Positions 12,415 through 24,222 of a stretch of 64,000 bases of DNA are shown here, piece after piece. How positions within the stretch are numbered: position 1 is the first letter of the stretch; each line of letters opens with the position of its first letter. Under the pieces are notes generated by a model. The model was not told the origin of the DNA, did no database searches, and saw nothing but the letters and a program-made list of their open reading frames with translations. Position numbers and translations under genes: made by a program. The DNA comes from Squalus acanthias (Eukaryota), in assembly GCA_030390025.1 (NCBI GenBank), contig CM059432.1:133922001-133986000 (forward strand), read 5' to 3'.

Positions 12415-13009
12415 CCACAACGCCAATTCCCCTTTCAACATTTATCCCACACCTTACCTTCCCTTTGTTACTGACCATCACAGCATCGTCTTGGCCACAA
12501 CATTGAAATAAAAGCCACCACAAAGCTTTCCAATCCAACTTTACACATCTATCCATCCAATATGACATCAAGAAATCAACTGATCACCCTTGTGTATTCC
12601 CTTAGTGACTGTCTTGTGTGTGCCTTTGCCTATCCTACTGATGTCACACAGTGCTACCCCAGTAACTGCAACATGGCTGGTGGAAGGCTGCTGACTTTCA
12701 GTGCGGGACACTGCAGATGGCCTTGCAGGATGACCTCGAGGAGCTGGTGGCTGGGAGTGTAAAATCGAGTGACGGAGTTACTTTTTCTTCTTCTTCACTC
12801 TCCTCTCCCTCTTCTTGGTCAACCAATGGCTGGGCAGGCTAGATTTCTTGGGTGTGTAAAATGAGGAAGGCACAAGGGTGGAGTTGTGGTGAGGGGAGAG
12901 CAGGAAAGCAAGAGCTGCATGCTTACACCATGCGCTACTTGTAAATCAGAAGAGATTGTGGGATGAGGGGGAAGTGGGATGTGAGAGCGAGGATAACGTA
13001 TGAGGATAC

Positions 13010-13468
13010 CAGCATCTTGTATCCTTTCAGCCCCGCCGCTGGCCAAGGGCTCAGCCATGCCCCTGTCAAGAATGGCCAGCACTGTCTCCTCCAAGGGGGT
13101 GAGATGAAGCTAAGAATGTAAGGTGTGCTTCGTGTTTGGTACAGATTGTTGGTAGGTGAGTGATGGGGGGGGGGGGGGTGGTCATGCAATGAGCAGTGTG
13201 TGAGGCTAGTGGTGCAGTTGTTAGGAGACAGATTTTGAAGATGCATTCACTGACCTTGACCACTGGTCTGAGGTCATGAAGCTTCTTTGGGCACTGGTGC
13301 CAAGTGGCGGGGGCGACACTGCTGGCAGTTACGGCCTCGGTGATCTGGTCCCACATCGTTCTTTCTAGAGGGCCTCCTGCCCCCTGTGGGTAGAGGACCT
13401 CTCTTGCAATGTTGATGGAGTGGTGCGTGCGAGACCCTGGGTGCCCCTCCCCTGGCTTGCTGAGCCAT
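13010..13468 (-). pseudogene. Harbinger Myb/SANT-like DNA-binding protein remnant (2 exons, frameshifted)
   Basis: MAQQARGGAPRVS..GGRRPSR / WDQITEAVTASSVAPATWHQCPKKLHDLRPVVK ending at donor AAG|GTCAGT (13255); second block LTPLEETVLAILDRGMAEPLASGGAERIQDA. Confidence 0.75.
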
Positions 13469-14787
13469 TTGTGTTAGTGCTGAAGCACTTTTACCATTTT
13501 TTTACGTGCGGAAGGCAGTTCAGCTTTAAGAGCTGAAGATTGCCATTTCGGAATTATTTTTCATGTTTATTTTTTTTTCAGAAGGCAGTTGAGCTCTAAG
13601 GGCTAAAGTCTCCCTATTTATAAATTATTTTTTTTTTCATTTTAGAAGGCAGTTTCCCTTTAAGGGCTTGACACTGCTTTCCAAAATGACAGGCTAGCTT
13701 TAAGAGAACGCTGCCTTGCTCCAGGGATGCTACGGCCACGCTACATTGGGCCTCCTGCTGAGACTACCGCCGGAAAAAGAGTGTTGCACTCCAGGTTTTG
13801 GGCTGCGCTAATGTTAATCAGCAGGAAGCACCAAAATACCAGTGCTGCCTGCGCTATAATTGCGGGCGGCCTTTAACTTCGGCCCGCGGTGGCATCGGCA
13901 GGATTCCGGCCTACTCGAATTTCAAGGCCAAAATTTTTATTGCCCCTATGATTTTTCTCCTGGGATGCTTGCAGCCGTGTCGTTATTTCCTGGGGACTCC
14001 AGGGCAATCCTGGAGGGTTGGCAACTCTATAGTTCTGTCGACCAACTTTACGGCGTACAGATTCGAAGACAAATCTTTGGTTGTCTATTCCGTGCCTGAA
14101 CGGGAGAGATTCTCCGATTAACACAAGCTCTATTTCGCCTGTTTCTCTTTCCAACCTCAGCCAATGAGGGAAAAATCATGAAAAAAAAACCAAGGGCGAG
14201 CGTCTCTGAAACATAATGTTGCGAATATTTTCTGTCGAATCTTATTACTGCGGTGGGAGCGATGCCCTTGATGCATATGCTGAACTGGGCTAAGGCAGTA
14301 GGTGTGGATGAGTTAGACTTTGTTGCATGCAATTTGTTCCGCCTGACTTCACCGCCACTGATTACAGCCACTGAGGCAGAGTTAATAAAAGAGCAAAGCT
14401 AGCTGTCAAGGCCGATTAGTGTGAGCAAAAAGATCGAACAAGGGAAGAATGCATTCATTATTATTTATGGTCATTAACTGGGTTGAGTTCAGTCCTCCAG
14501 TGTCATACCTGAGAGGCAGACAAGAGTGCAACGACAGAACACACCAATAGCTGGCAAGCTCGAACCGTGCTTGTTTTGACACATGTAGTGCTGCGATGAA
14601 TTTGTTTGTAAATATATCGCTGACTCGACTGTCAATCAGCAAACATTCATTTGCACGGATTTACTTTTTCCCTAGCAAGCAGTCAATGAGCTGTGTTGGT
14701 CACGATATACTTCTTTCCACCATTCTGTGTGCGCACTCTCATCAATCTCAACTGGTTGTCACTCCCCCTTAGAAGGTACCACAGATT

Positions 14788-15191
14788 AAAGAAAGAAGGG
14801 CTTGCATTTCTCTAGCACCTTTCACGGCCTCAGGACATCCCAAAGCGCTTTACAGCCCCAATGAAGTACTTTTTTGAAGTGCAGTCACTGTTGTAATGTA
14901 GGGAAACACGGCAGCCAATTTTGCGCACAGCAAGCTCCCACAAACAGCAATGTGATAATGACCAGATCATCCGTTGGTTGAGGGATAAATGTTGGCCAGG
15001 GCACCGGGGAGAACGCTCCTGCTCTTCTTTGAAACAGTACCATGGGATCTTTTACATCCGTCTAAGAGGGCAGATGAGGCCCTAGTTTAACGGCTCTTCC
15101 GAAAGTCGGCACCTCCAGCAGTGCGGCACTCCCTCAGCACTGTGTTGGAGTGTCAGCTTAGATTTTTGTGCTCAAGTCCCTGGAGTGGGAC
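14788..15191 (-). mobile_element. DeuSINE (SacSINE1-like)
   Basis: Reverse complement of the SINE body and tail at 31100-31545. Confidence 0.85.
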
Positions 15192-15918
15192 GTTTGACAT
15201 CGAGGGATAAGTGGTAAGAAGAATGTTGATTAGAATTGTGTTTTCATGAAAATACTTTTAGTGATGATTCATGTCCATCGGGGAAACAGCTTAATTTTAT
15301 ATTAGTAACTCGGCAAATTATCATTCTGTCACTGATGTATATAATAATATCTGATAAAAGTGCTGCTAATGATCTGCAAAATATAGTCTTTGTTTATACT
15401 GTTAGACAAGCTGGCTGAATGCCAGCAGACAGAGAAACCTGTGTTATGCTGTTGTGGTATCCCAACAATCATGTGTCTCAGGAGTGCAGCTCATGCATGC
15501 AGACTTTACATATTGTTATTGGGTATTGTTCAGCCCACTGGTTTGAAGATCCGTTCCAAATGAGTGCTGCTTTTCTAGGTTCCTAATGAGAGTATAAGCT
15601 TAAGTTTTAAACGAACCTTTATTTGTAGCCCAGCACATTGTTACAGTCGAGGTGTTTGTATTGTCACATTGCCTATTGCAGAGCAGCGATGTCTGGCTGC
15701 GAGCACAAGGAGGCCTCCATAGTCGAAGTGATGGTGGAACTACGAGCGCAACGCCGTCGTCTCAAAGTCATTCCTGTTCAAACGCTTCAGGTTTAATGGG
15801 GAAAGCAACTGGCCAGCATTCCTGCTGGCCTCATGGATGAAGGATCTGTCTGCTTTAGCACTAAGCCACACAGCCAGAAGGTCCTACATTAGCTTCCCAA
15901 TATGTGAACCTAAGGTAG

Positions 15919-15953
15919 GATCTGACGAAAGGCCATCGACCTGAAACATTAAC
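15919..15953 (+). ncRNA. Minimal type I hammerhead ribozyme motif (partly decayed)
   Basis: CTGACGA (15922-15928), A, AGGCC-ATC-GACCT, GAAA (15943-15946), CATT; one helix II mismatch. Confidence 0.6.
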
Positions 15954-16054
15954 GCTGTTTCTCTCTCCACAGATGCTGCCTGACCTGCTGAGTGTTTTCC
16001 AGCATTTTCTGTTCTCATTTCAGATTCCCAGCATCCGCAGTATTTTGCTTTTGT
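15919..16054 (+). mobile_element. Penelope-like element terminus
   Basis: Hammerhead motif followed by CTCTCTCCACAGATGCTGCCTGACCTGCTGAG..CAGCATCCGCAGTATTTTGCTTTTGT. Confidence 0.78.
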
Positions 16055-16655
16055 TCCCAATCTATGTTGATCTTAGTTAAGACAGTGGTGGGGATGATAC
16101 AATCGCCCTCAGTGCCATTGGCCCAGGGAGGGAAAAGCCAGAGTTCCCACTCCTTATTGCCATCCAGTGGACGTAAAAGATCCCGTGGCACCATTCAAAG
16201 AAGAGCAGATGAGTTGTCCTGGTCAATATTTATCCCTCAACTACCAGCACTAAGACAGATTATCTGGTCATGTATCTCATTGCTGTTTGTGGGACCTTGC
16301 TGTGCCTAAATTGGCTGCTGCATTCCCCACATTACAAGTGACTGCACCTCAAACGTATTTGATTGCTGTAAAGCACTTTGGGACAAGCTGAGGTCGTGAA
16401 AAGTGCTATAGAAATGCAAGTCTTGTCCTTTCCATTGACCCCTGCTGGAAAGGACACGTATGCAGATGTTGGAGGAGGACAGGATGGGCCTCAGTTTTGA
16501 AGCCTTTCAAAGTACAATCGCCTACCAGCATTCAAGAGTGGTGGGGAGTAAACTGGAGAAAGAATCTTTTTTTCTTAAATGTGAAAAGGAAACACTGTTA
16601 CATTTAGAGCCTGCTTTAATATACCTCAGTCATGGTTCATGCAAACATCCACAAT

Positions 16656-17399
16656 GGCCCAGAAATTGATCTCGCTCTGTTCCCGCGGGGGTAAGGCTTC
16701 CCCGCGATCTCTCACTCCGCGTTGGCTTTTTCAGATCCAGCTCGCACGAACTTGATGTTCCAGACATCAGCTGGGCAGTGCTTGCGTATCCCACCGGCGT
16801 AGTGAATTCGTGCGAGCTGTGGGATCACGTGACTCAGTTAGAGCCAATGGCAGCACACCATCTTCCATTCATAAGTTTCACATACGTGCTGTGAAATCTA
16901 TGAACCTTACACCCCCCCAAAATAACAGCTAAACCTCAATTAAATTTAAAAAAAAAACCATCACATTAATAAAATAAGTATAGTTAAATAAATTAACCAT
17001 TTTAAATAAAAAATTAAATTTTTGAAAAAATTTAAAATCTTTTAAAAAGTTATAAAAATAAACTTACCTGTCTTTAAAGTCTCTAAAAAAGATATACCTG
17101 TTAAAAAAAAATCAAAAAAATACTTAATTCACTACTTACCTTGTTAAAAGTGGGTCTTACTCCTCCTTTTTCCATTTCTAAAATCTTCCGTCCTTACCTG
17201 CGCGTCCAAAGCACGAAGTGCACAGCGTGTGCGCAGCCTGTAGCGCGCACGCGATGCACCGAGGAACCGTCCCCTTTTCCAAAGACCAAGTGCCGGTTTT
17301 CAGCGCATGCGCAGGGCATGCAGAAAACCGGCAATTGGAGAGAGAATACGCGAGAGTATGCAGTGCGTACTCTCGCGCAGCGGGATGAATTTTTGGCCC
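16656..17399. mobile_element. Hairpin-rich ~750-bp MITE family, copy 1
   Basis: TIR GGCCCAGAAATT / AATTTTTGGCCC, flanks AAT/ATT; closely similar to 55192-55933. Confidence 0.85.
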
Positions 17400-17715
17400 A
17401 TTATTTTCTTGCCTGCTTTATTCCCAATTTTTTTTTAAATGTTGAATCAGGGATGTGGGCAGCCCTGGAGTTAACCAATGCTGTAAGTGGCAGATCTACT
17501 TCAGTAGAAAATGGCAGACGGGGTGCGAAACATCTGTAAACTGCATTTCACGATCATTTGGTGTACTTTAATGGACAGTGCTCATTCAAGATACCTAAAG
17601 AAGCAACTTTAAACTCGGCTGCAGGAACATGCTATTTGGCTATAGTGTTTGCTTGAGGGCTGGGTAAAGGTCATAGCATTTCGAAAACCAGACCCTAATC
17701 TACATAATAAAAGTT

Positions 17716-18872
17716 CACACACACACACTTTCACACTCACACTTTCACACTTACACTTTCACACTTACACTTTCACACATTCTCACTCACACACTCACTC
17801 ACACTCACACACTCACACACACACTCACACTGACATTCTCACACACTCACTCACACACACACTCACACACTCACACTCACTCACACACACTCACACACAC
17901 ATACAGTCACACTCACACTCTCACACTGACATTCTCACACACTCACTCACACACACACTCACTCACTCACACTCACACTCACTCACTCACACACACATAC
18001 AATCACACTCACACTCTCACTCACACTCACACACTCTCACACTAACTCACACACTCTCACATACACTCACTCACACACATACACACACACATACACTCAC
18101 ACTCATATTCTCACACTCACTCACACACACTCATACACTCACACACTCACTCACACACTCACTCACACACTCTCACACTCACTCACACACTCATACACTC
18201 ACACACATTCACTCTCATTCACACACTCACACACTCACACACTCACTCACACACACTCACTCACACACTCACTCACACTCACACACACACACACACACTC
18301 ATACACACTCACTCACACACTCACTCACACACTCACACTCACCCACACTCATACACTCACACACACTCACACACACTCACACACACACTCATACACTCAC
18401 ACACACACTCACTCACACACTCACACACACTCATACACTCACACACACTCACTCACACACACACTCACACTCTCACACACTCATACACTCACTCACACAC
18501 TCACTCACACACTCATACACTCACACACACTCACTCACACACTCACACACACACTCACACTCACACTCACACACTCACTCACACACTCACACACACTCAT
18601 ACACTCACACACACTCACTCACACACACACTCACACTCACACTCACACACTCACTCACACACACACTCATACACTCACACACACACTCACTCATACACTC
18701 ACACACTCACTCACACTCACACACACTCACACTCATACACTCACACACACTCACACTCATACACTCACACACACTCACACTCATACACTCACACACACAC
18801 ACTCACACTCACACACACGCACAAACTCTCACACTCACGCACACATACTGTCACACTCACACTCGCACACAC
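17716..18872. repeat. Compound (CA)n/(CACT)n/(CATA) microsatellite array
   Basis: About 1.15 kb almost entirely of CA, CACT and CATA units. Confidence 0.97.
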
Positions 18873-20521
18873 GAGCTTTGAGTCTTTAAAGAACTTCCAA
18901 TAAAAAAAGAGCGAAAATAAAAGCACCAAATGCGTGATTCCAAAAGGCAGCTCAACTGATTGTTAATTTAAAATAACCTATTTGTTAATTGCGTTGAACC
19001 CTGCTCAGCTTGTTTAACGCAGTCAGAGCCCACAGGTAAATTGTGCTAAATTTGTCTTAAGGCTGAGAGGTAATTAATGGAAGCAGGCAGCGGTCGCTGT
19101 GAGACCGAGGTTAAAAAGCAAGGTCTAAGGGTGCTGCACACACTCTCAGGAATTAACCACACTGCTTGCTTTATTTCGTCCCTCTCTCTCTCTCTTTCCT
19201 GTTAGGCAACTGGCTGTGGCTCTAACCTGCTGCTAGACCTGGGATATCCCAATCAGCCCTCTGGCATCTTTTGTTGATCAGTGGATAAAAGTTTCCAGGC
19301 AGCGGCTCGAAAATGCCTCTCCACCTGCCGTTGCTGCAAACGCTTCGAGCTCCCTGTAGGCTGCGTATCAGTCGGGGAGTTACGGTGGGTGACCCCCCTA
19401 AGGCTCTGTGCTGGGTTCATTCCAAAAGGTTGCCTAACGAAAAGGTGCACAAGACTGCACATTGTGCTCATTGGATTATGCTCACAACAGCAACCTGCCG
19501 CAGTTACTGTCGGAGCTATTCCCTTGCAGGCACAACAACAAAAAAAACAACCCAATCCTTTCCCTCTTCCATTGGTTTCCTGTGTGCTGTGGGAGGACCA
19601 GACCGTGACCACCTTCAGGCTTTATGACAGCAAAGGAAACATTGAGAATTAGTCATTTGTTTTACAGACAGCCTCAGCTTGGCTTGCAGCTCGCTCCTAA
19701 TTGACAGTAACTGGGCCGTGTGATATCCCAAGCATTTTGTAGAACATTTAAACATATATTTTTCTAATGTATTTGGTTATATATAACAGGACAGAAAAGC
19801 AAGGGAAGGCAAGTGGAAAGTCTGTCAGCGGTAATTGTTTATCGAGCCCCCAGGGTTGCTCTCGACAGACTCCCAAAAATACCACAAAAGTGGAATTTCT
19901 TGTTTATTCAGGGTAGAAGGAGATGACAGTACGATTTTTTTTTTTGCTCAGTATTCTAAATATAAAAATTGCAATCCATTCAAACTTTGAGAGCTACGAT
20001 TCACTCGACGTGCCACAATTATTGAAATGTATTCGGTTACTCAACAATTTGGAATCGTTTGATCTTTGCCCTGTGCGTTTTCTTTCCATGAAAATGGCAG
20101 AAACCTGAGATCGAATGGACAATTAAGTGTAGAAAATAGGGACTGGTTAGCCAACGGATGATTATCATGTTACCATGGTAGATATACATTTATCTGAAGT
20201 TTTATTATTGTTTTTTGTAAGTCAAATATGTTTATGCTGTATTGCATTATTTAAGGATGTTTACAATTGTTCCAGCATAATTAAGCATTTTGTTAATAAC
20301 TTGAGATGTATCGTTTAAATGTTTCCGATATTTGTCATAAATGCATGTATATGTTTATAAATATGGGAAGTGCAAGTCCAAGGTTTTGAACAAGAATGAG
20401 ACCTACAGGGATGATGGTATGTTTGAATTTCTTACAATATAGTTGGCCAAATCATCAATGGATTGTCCAGAGATCCCTCCCACCTTCCAACAAAATGCAT
20501 TGTTGCTGATGGAGAGTCAAT

Positions 20522-21275
20522 GGGCCAGAAATTCGGGTCGGAAGCTTCCCGCGGGTGCAAGCATAGCGGGTGCACTTACATAGCGCGCCTGCCGTTGTGC
20601 TGTGGGCCCGCGTGGAATTCGGCTCCTGGGCCTCCTGCAGCTGCCAGCGTGCAGTGCTCACGGATCCCAGCTGCGCACTTAGTTCGAAGCGTCCCCTGGG
20701 ATCACGTGGGCCATGGGGAGCCAATCGGAGCAGGGAATCTCCATTCATAGATTTGACAGGAAGACCTGTCAAATCTATGAATAGAGATCGGCCCCAAAAC
20801 CTAACTAAAACTTCAAATAATTTTTTTTTTAAACATCACATTTTTAAAATAACTATAAATTACATAAAATAACTATTTTAAACAATAATTTAAATTTTTG
20901 AAAAAATTAATTACAGTTTTTAACGGGGCTAAAAATAAACTTACCTTTCTTTAAAGTATTTAAAAATAATAAACCTGTGGAAAAAATGTTTTAATTTTAC
21001 TTAATTCACCACTTACCTTGTTAAAAGCAGGCCTTGCGCCTGCTTTTTCCCCGCGCAGCTGCTACGGACTTACCCTCACGGGGAAACCTGTAAAAAAAGC
21101 TGAAGTTCGCTACGTGCGCGCTGCCTCTCCCGCGCACGCGGTTGACCCACGAGCCCCTTCCTTCACGAGACCGGAAGTTCCGGTTTCCCGTGCATGCGCG
21201 AAACCGTCACTTCCGGTGGCCCTACGGGTGAGTACACAGCGCGTACTCACCCGTGGAGACCCGAATTTCTGCCCC
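20522..21275. mobile_element. Hairpin-rich MITE family, copy 2
   Basis: TIR GGGCCAGAAATTCGGGTC / GACCCGAATTTCTGCCCC; AAT TSD; collinear with the other copies. Confidence 0.87.
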
Positions 21276-21300
21276 AATATTTATACCAACATCACTGAAA

Positions 21301-24222
21301 GGGAACGGTAGCATAGTGGTAATGTCACTGGGCTAATAATCCAGCAGGCCTGGACTAATGATCCAGAGATGTGAGTTCAAATCCCAACACGGCATTTAAA
21401 TTCAGTTAATTAAATAAATCTGGAATAAAAAGCTAGTATCAGTGAAACTATTGGATTGGCGTAAAAACCCATCTGGTTCACTAATGTCTTTTAGGGAAGG
21501 AAATCTGCCATCCTTACCTGGTCTGGCCTATATGTGACTCCAGACCCACAGCAATGTGGTTGACACTTAACTGCCCTCTGAAATGGCCCAGCAAGCCACT
21601 CAGTTGTAACAAACCGTTACAAAACACAATAAGAATTAAACCGGAAGGACCACCCGGCATCGTCCTATGGCACCGGCTACGGACAGTTGACCCTGCAAAG
21701 TCCTCCTCACCAACATCTGGGGACTTGTGCCAAAATTGGGAGAGTTGTCCCACAGACTAGTCAAGCAACAGCCTGACATAGTCACACTCACAGAATCATA
21801 TCTTTCAGCCAATGTCCCAAACTCCTCCATCACCATCCCTGGGTATGTGCCGCCACCCCTGGTGGTATACAGTCGGGAAGGAGTGGCCCTGGGAGTCCTC
21901 AACATTGACTGCGGACCCCATGAGGTCTCTCAAGGCTTCAGGTCAAGGATGAGCAAGGAAACCTCCTGCTGATTACCACCTACCGCCCTCCCTCAGCTGA
22001 TGAATCAGTACTCCTCCATGTTGAACACCACTTGGAAGAAGTCCCGTCTTCACACTGAAGACACCCTCCATCATGTTGTGTGGCACTACCACCATGCTAA
22101 ATGGGATAGATTCAGAACAGATCTAGCAGCTCAAAACTGGGCATCCATGAGGTGCTGTGGGGCCATCAGCAGCAGAATTGTATTCCACCACAGTCTGTAA
22201 CCTCATGGCCCAGCGTATCCCACACTCTACCATCAAGCCAGGGGACCAACCCTGGTTCAAAAAGGAGTGTAGAAGAGCATGCCAGGAGCAGCACCAGGCG
22301 TACCTAAAAATTAGGTGCCAACCTGGGGAAGCTGCAACACAGTACTACATGCATGCTAAAAAGCGGAAGCAGCATGCTATAGACAGGGTTAAGCGATCCC
22401 ACAATCATCAGATCAAAGCTTTGCAGTCCTGCCAAATCCAGTCGTGATTGCTGGTGGACCATTAAACAACTGTCGGGAGGAGGAGGCTCCATTAACATCA
22501 CCATCCTCAATGATGGTGGAGCCCAGCACGTGAGTGCAAAAGACAAGGCTGAAGCGTTTGCAACCATCTTCAGCTAGAAGTGCCGAGTGGATGATCCATC
22601 TCGGCCTACTCCTGAGGTCCCTACCATCACAGAAGCCAGTCTTCAGCCAATTCGATTCACTCCACGTGATATCAAGAAACAGCTGAGCGCACTGGATACA
22701 GCAAACGCTATGGGCCCTGACAACATCCCGGCTGTCGTGTTGAAGACTTGTACTTCAGAACTAGCCGTGCCTCTAGCCAAGCTGTTCCAGTACAGATACA
22801 ACACTGGCATCTATCGGACAATGTGGAAAACTGCCCAGGTATGTCCTGTCCACAAAAAGCAGGACAAATCCAATCCAGCCAATTACCGCCCCATCAGTCT
22901 ACTCTCAATCATCAGCAAAGTGATGGAAGGTGTCGCCTGCTCACTGATGCCCAGTTTGGGTTCCACCAAGACCACTCGGCTCCCGACCTCATTACAGCCT
23001 TGGTCCAAACATGGACAAAGGAGTTGAATTCCAGAGATGAGGTGAGAGTGGCTGCCCTTGACATCAAGGCAGCATTTGACCAAGTGTGGCATCAAGGAGC
23101 CCAAGTAAAACTGAAGTCAATGGGAAATGGGGGGAAAGCTCTCCACTGGCTGGAGTCATACCTACCACAAAGGAAGATGGTTGTGGTGATTGAAGGACAA
23201 TCATCACAGCCCCAGGACATCGCTGCTGGAGTTCCTCAGGGCAGTGTCCTAGGCCCAACCATCTTCAGCTGCTTCATCAATGACCTTCCCTCCAACATAA
23301 AGTCAGAAATGGGGATGTTCGCTGATGACTGCACAGTGTTCAGTGCCATTCACAACTCCTCAGATAATGAAGCAGTCCATGCCTGCATGCAACAAGACCT
23401 GAACGACGTTCAGGCTTGGGCTGATAAGTGGCAGGTAACATCCGCGCCACAGAAGTGCCAGGCAATGACTATCTCCAACAAGCGAGAGTCCAATCACCGC
23501 CCCTTGACATTAAATGGCATTACCATCGTCAAATCCCCCACCATCAACATCCTGGGGGTCACCATTGACCAGAAACTTAACTGGACCAGCCACATAAATA
23601 CTGTGGCAACAAGAGCAGGTCAGAGGCTAGGTATTCTGTGGCAAGTGTCTCACCTCCTGACTCCCCAAAGCCTTTCCACCATCTACAAGGCACAAGTCAG
23701 GCTGTGATGGAATACTCTCCACTTGCCTGGATGAGTGCAGCTCCAACAGCACTCAAGAAGCTCGACACCATCCAGGACAAAGCAGCCCGCTTGATTGGCA
23801 CCCCATCTACCACCTTAAACATTCACTCCCTCAACCACCGGCGTACCGTGGCTGCAGTGTGTACCATCTACAAGATGCACTGCAGCAACTCGCCAAGGCT
23901 TCTTCGGCAGCACCTCCCAAACCCGAGACCTCTTCCACCTAGAAGGACAAGGGCAGCAGGCGCATGGGAACACCACCACCTCCAAGTTCCCCTCCAAGTC
24001 ACACACCATCCTGACTTAGAAGTATATCGCCGATCCTTCATCGTCGCTGGGTCAAAATCCTGGAATTCCCTACCTAACAGCACTGTGGGAGTACCATCAC
24101 CACACGGACTGCAGCGGTTCAAGAAGGCGGCTCACCACCACCTTCTCAAGGGCAACTAGGGATAGGCAATAAATGCTGGCCTCGCCAGCGACGCCCATCT
24201 CCCATAAATGAATTTAAAAAAA
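21301..24222 (+). mobile_element. Near full-length single-ORF CR1-group LINE (APE endonuclease + RT) with tRNA-derived 5' head
   Basis: Box A TAGCATAGTGG 21309, box B GTTCAAATC 21375; TNIWGL..PDIVTLTESYL (APE); [32 protein letters not shown] (RT); A-rich tail; frameshifted with internal deletions. Confidence 0.88.

Larger units (their letters stand above)
11641..13929. mobile_element. Decayed PIF/Harbinger DNA transposon with convergent transposase and Myb/SANT gene remnants
   Basis: TIR AGCCCAGAAATTC / GAATTTCAAGGCC, AAA on both flanks, coding remnants listed separately. Confidence 0.8.
11366..14029. mobile_element. hAT-like MITE (TAGGGTTGC termini) split by a Harbinger insertion
   Basis: TIR TAGGGTTGCTAAC / GTTGGCAACTCTA; halves 11366-11640 and 13930-14029 rejoin to match the uninterrupted inverted copy at 59257-59644. 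Confidence 0.7.
15858..16500 (+). mobile_element. Old unnamed SINE interrupted by Penelope (15919-16054) and DeuSINE (about 16165-16432) fragments
   Basis: Pieces match 61875-62252 (GGGAGGGAAAAGCCAGAGTTCCCACTCC..TGACCCCTGCTGGAAAG). Confidence 0.5.

Noticed and set aside
13511..13675. Spaced direct repeats superficially like a CRISPR array
   Set aside because: Vertebrate DNA, only three degenerate units with similar T-rich spacers, inside a Harbinger, and no cas genes
17649..18881. 410-aa His/Thr/Ser/Leu-rich ORF
   Set aside because: It is the translation of a CA/CACT microsatellite that cannot form stop codons on this strand; non-ATG start and no domain
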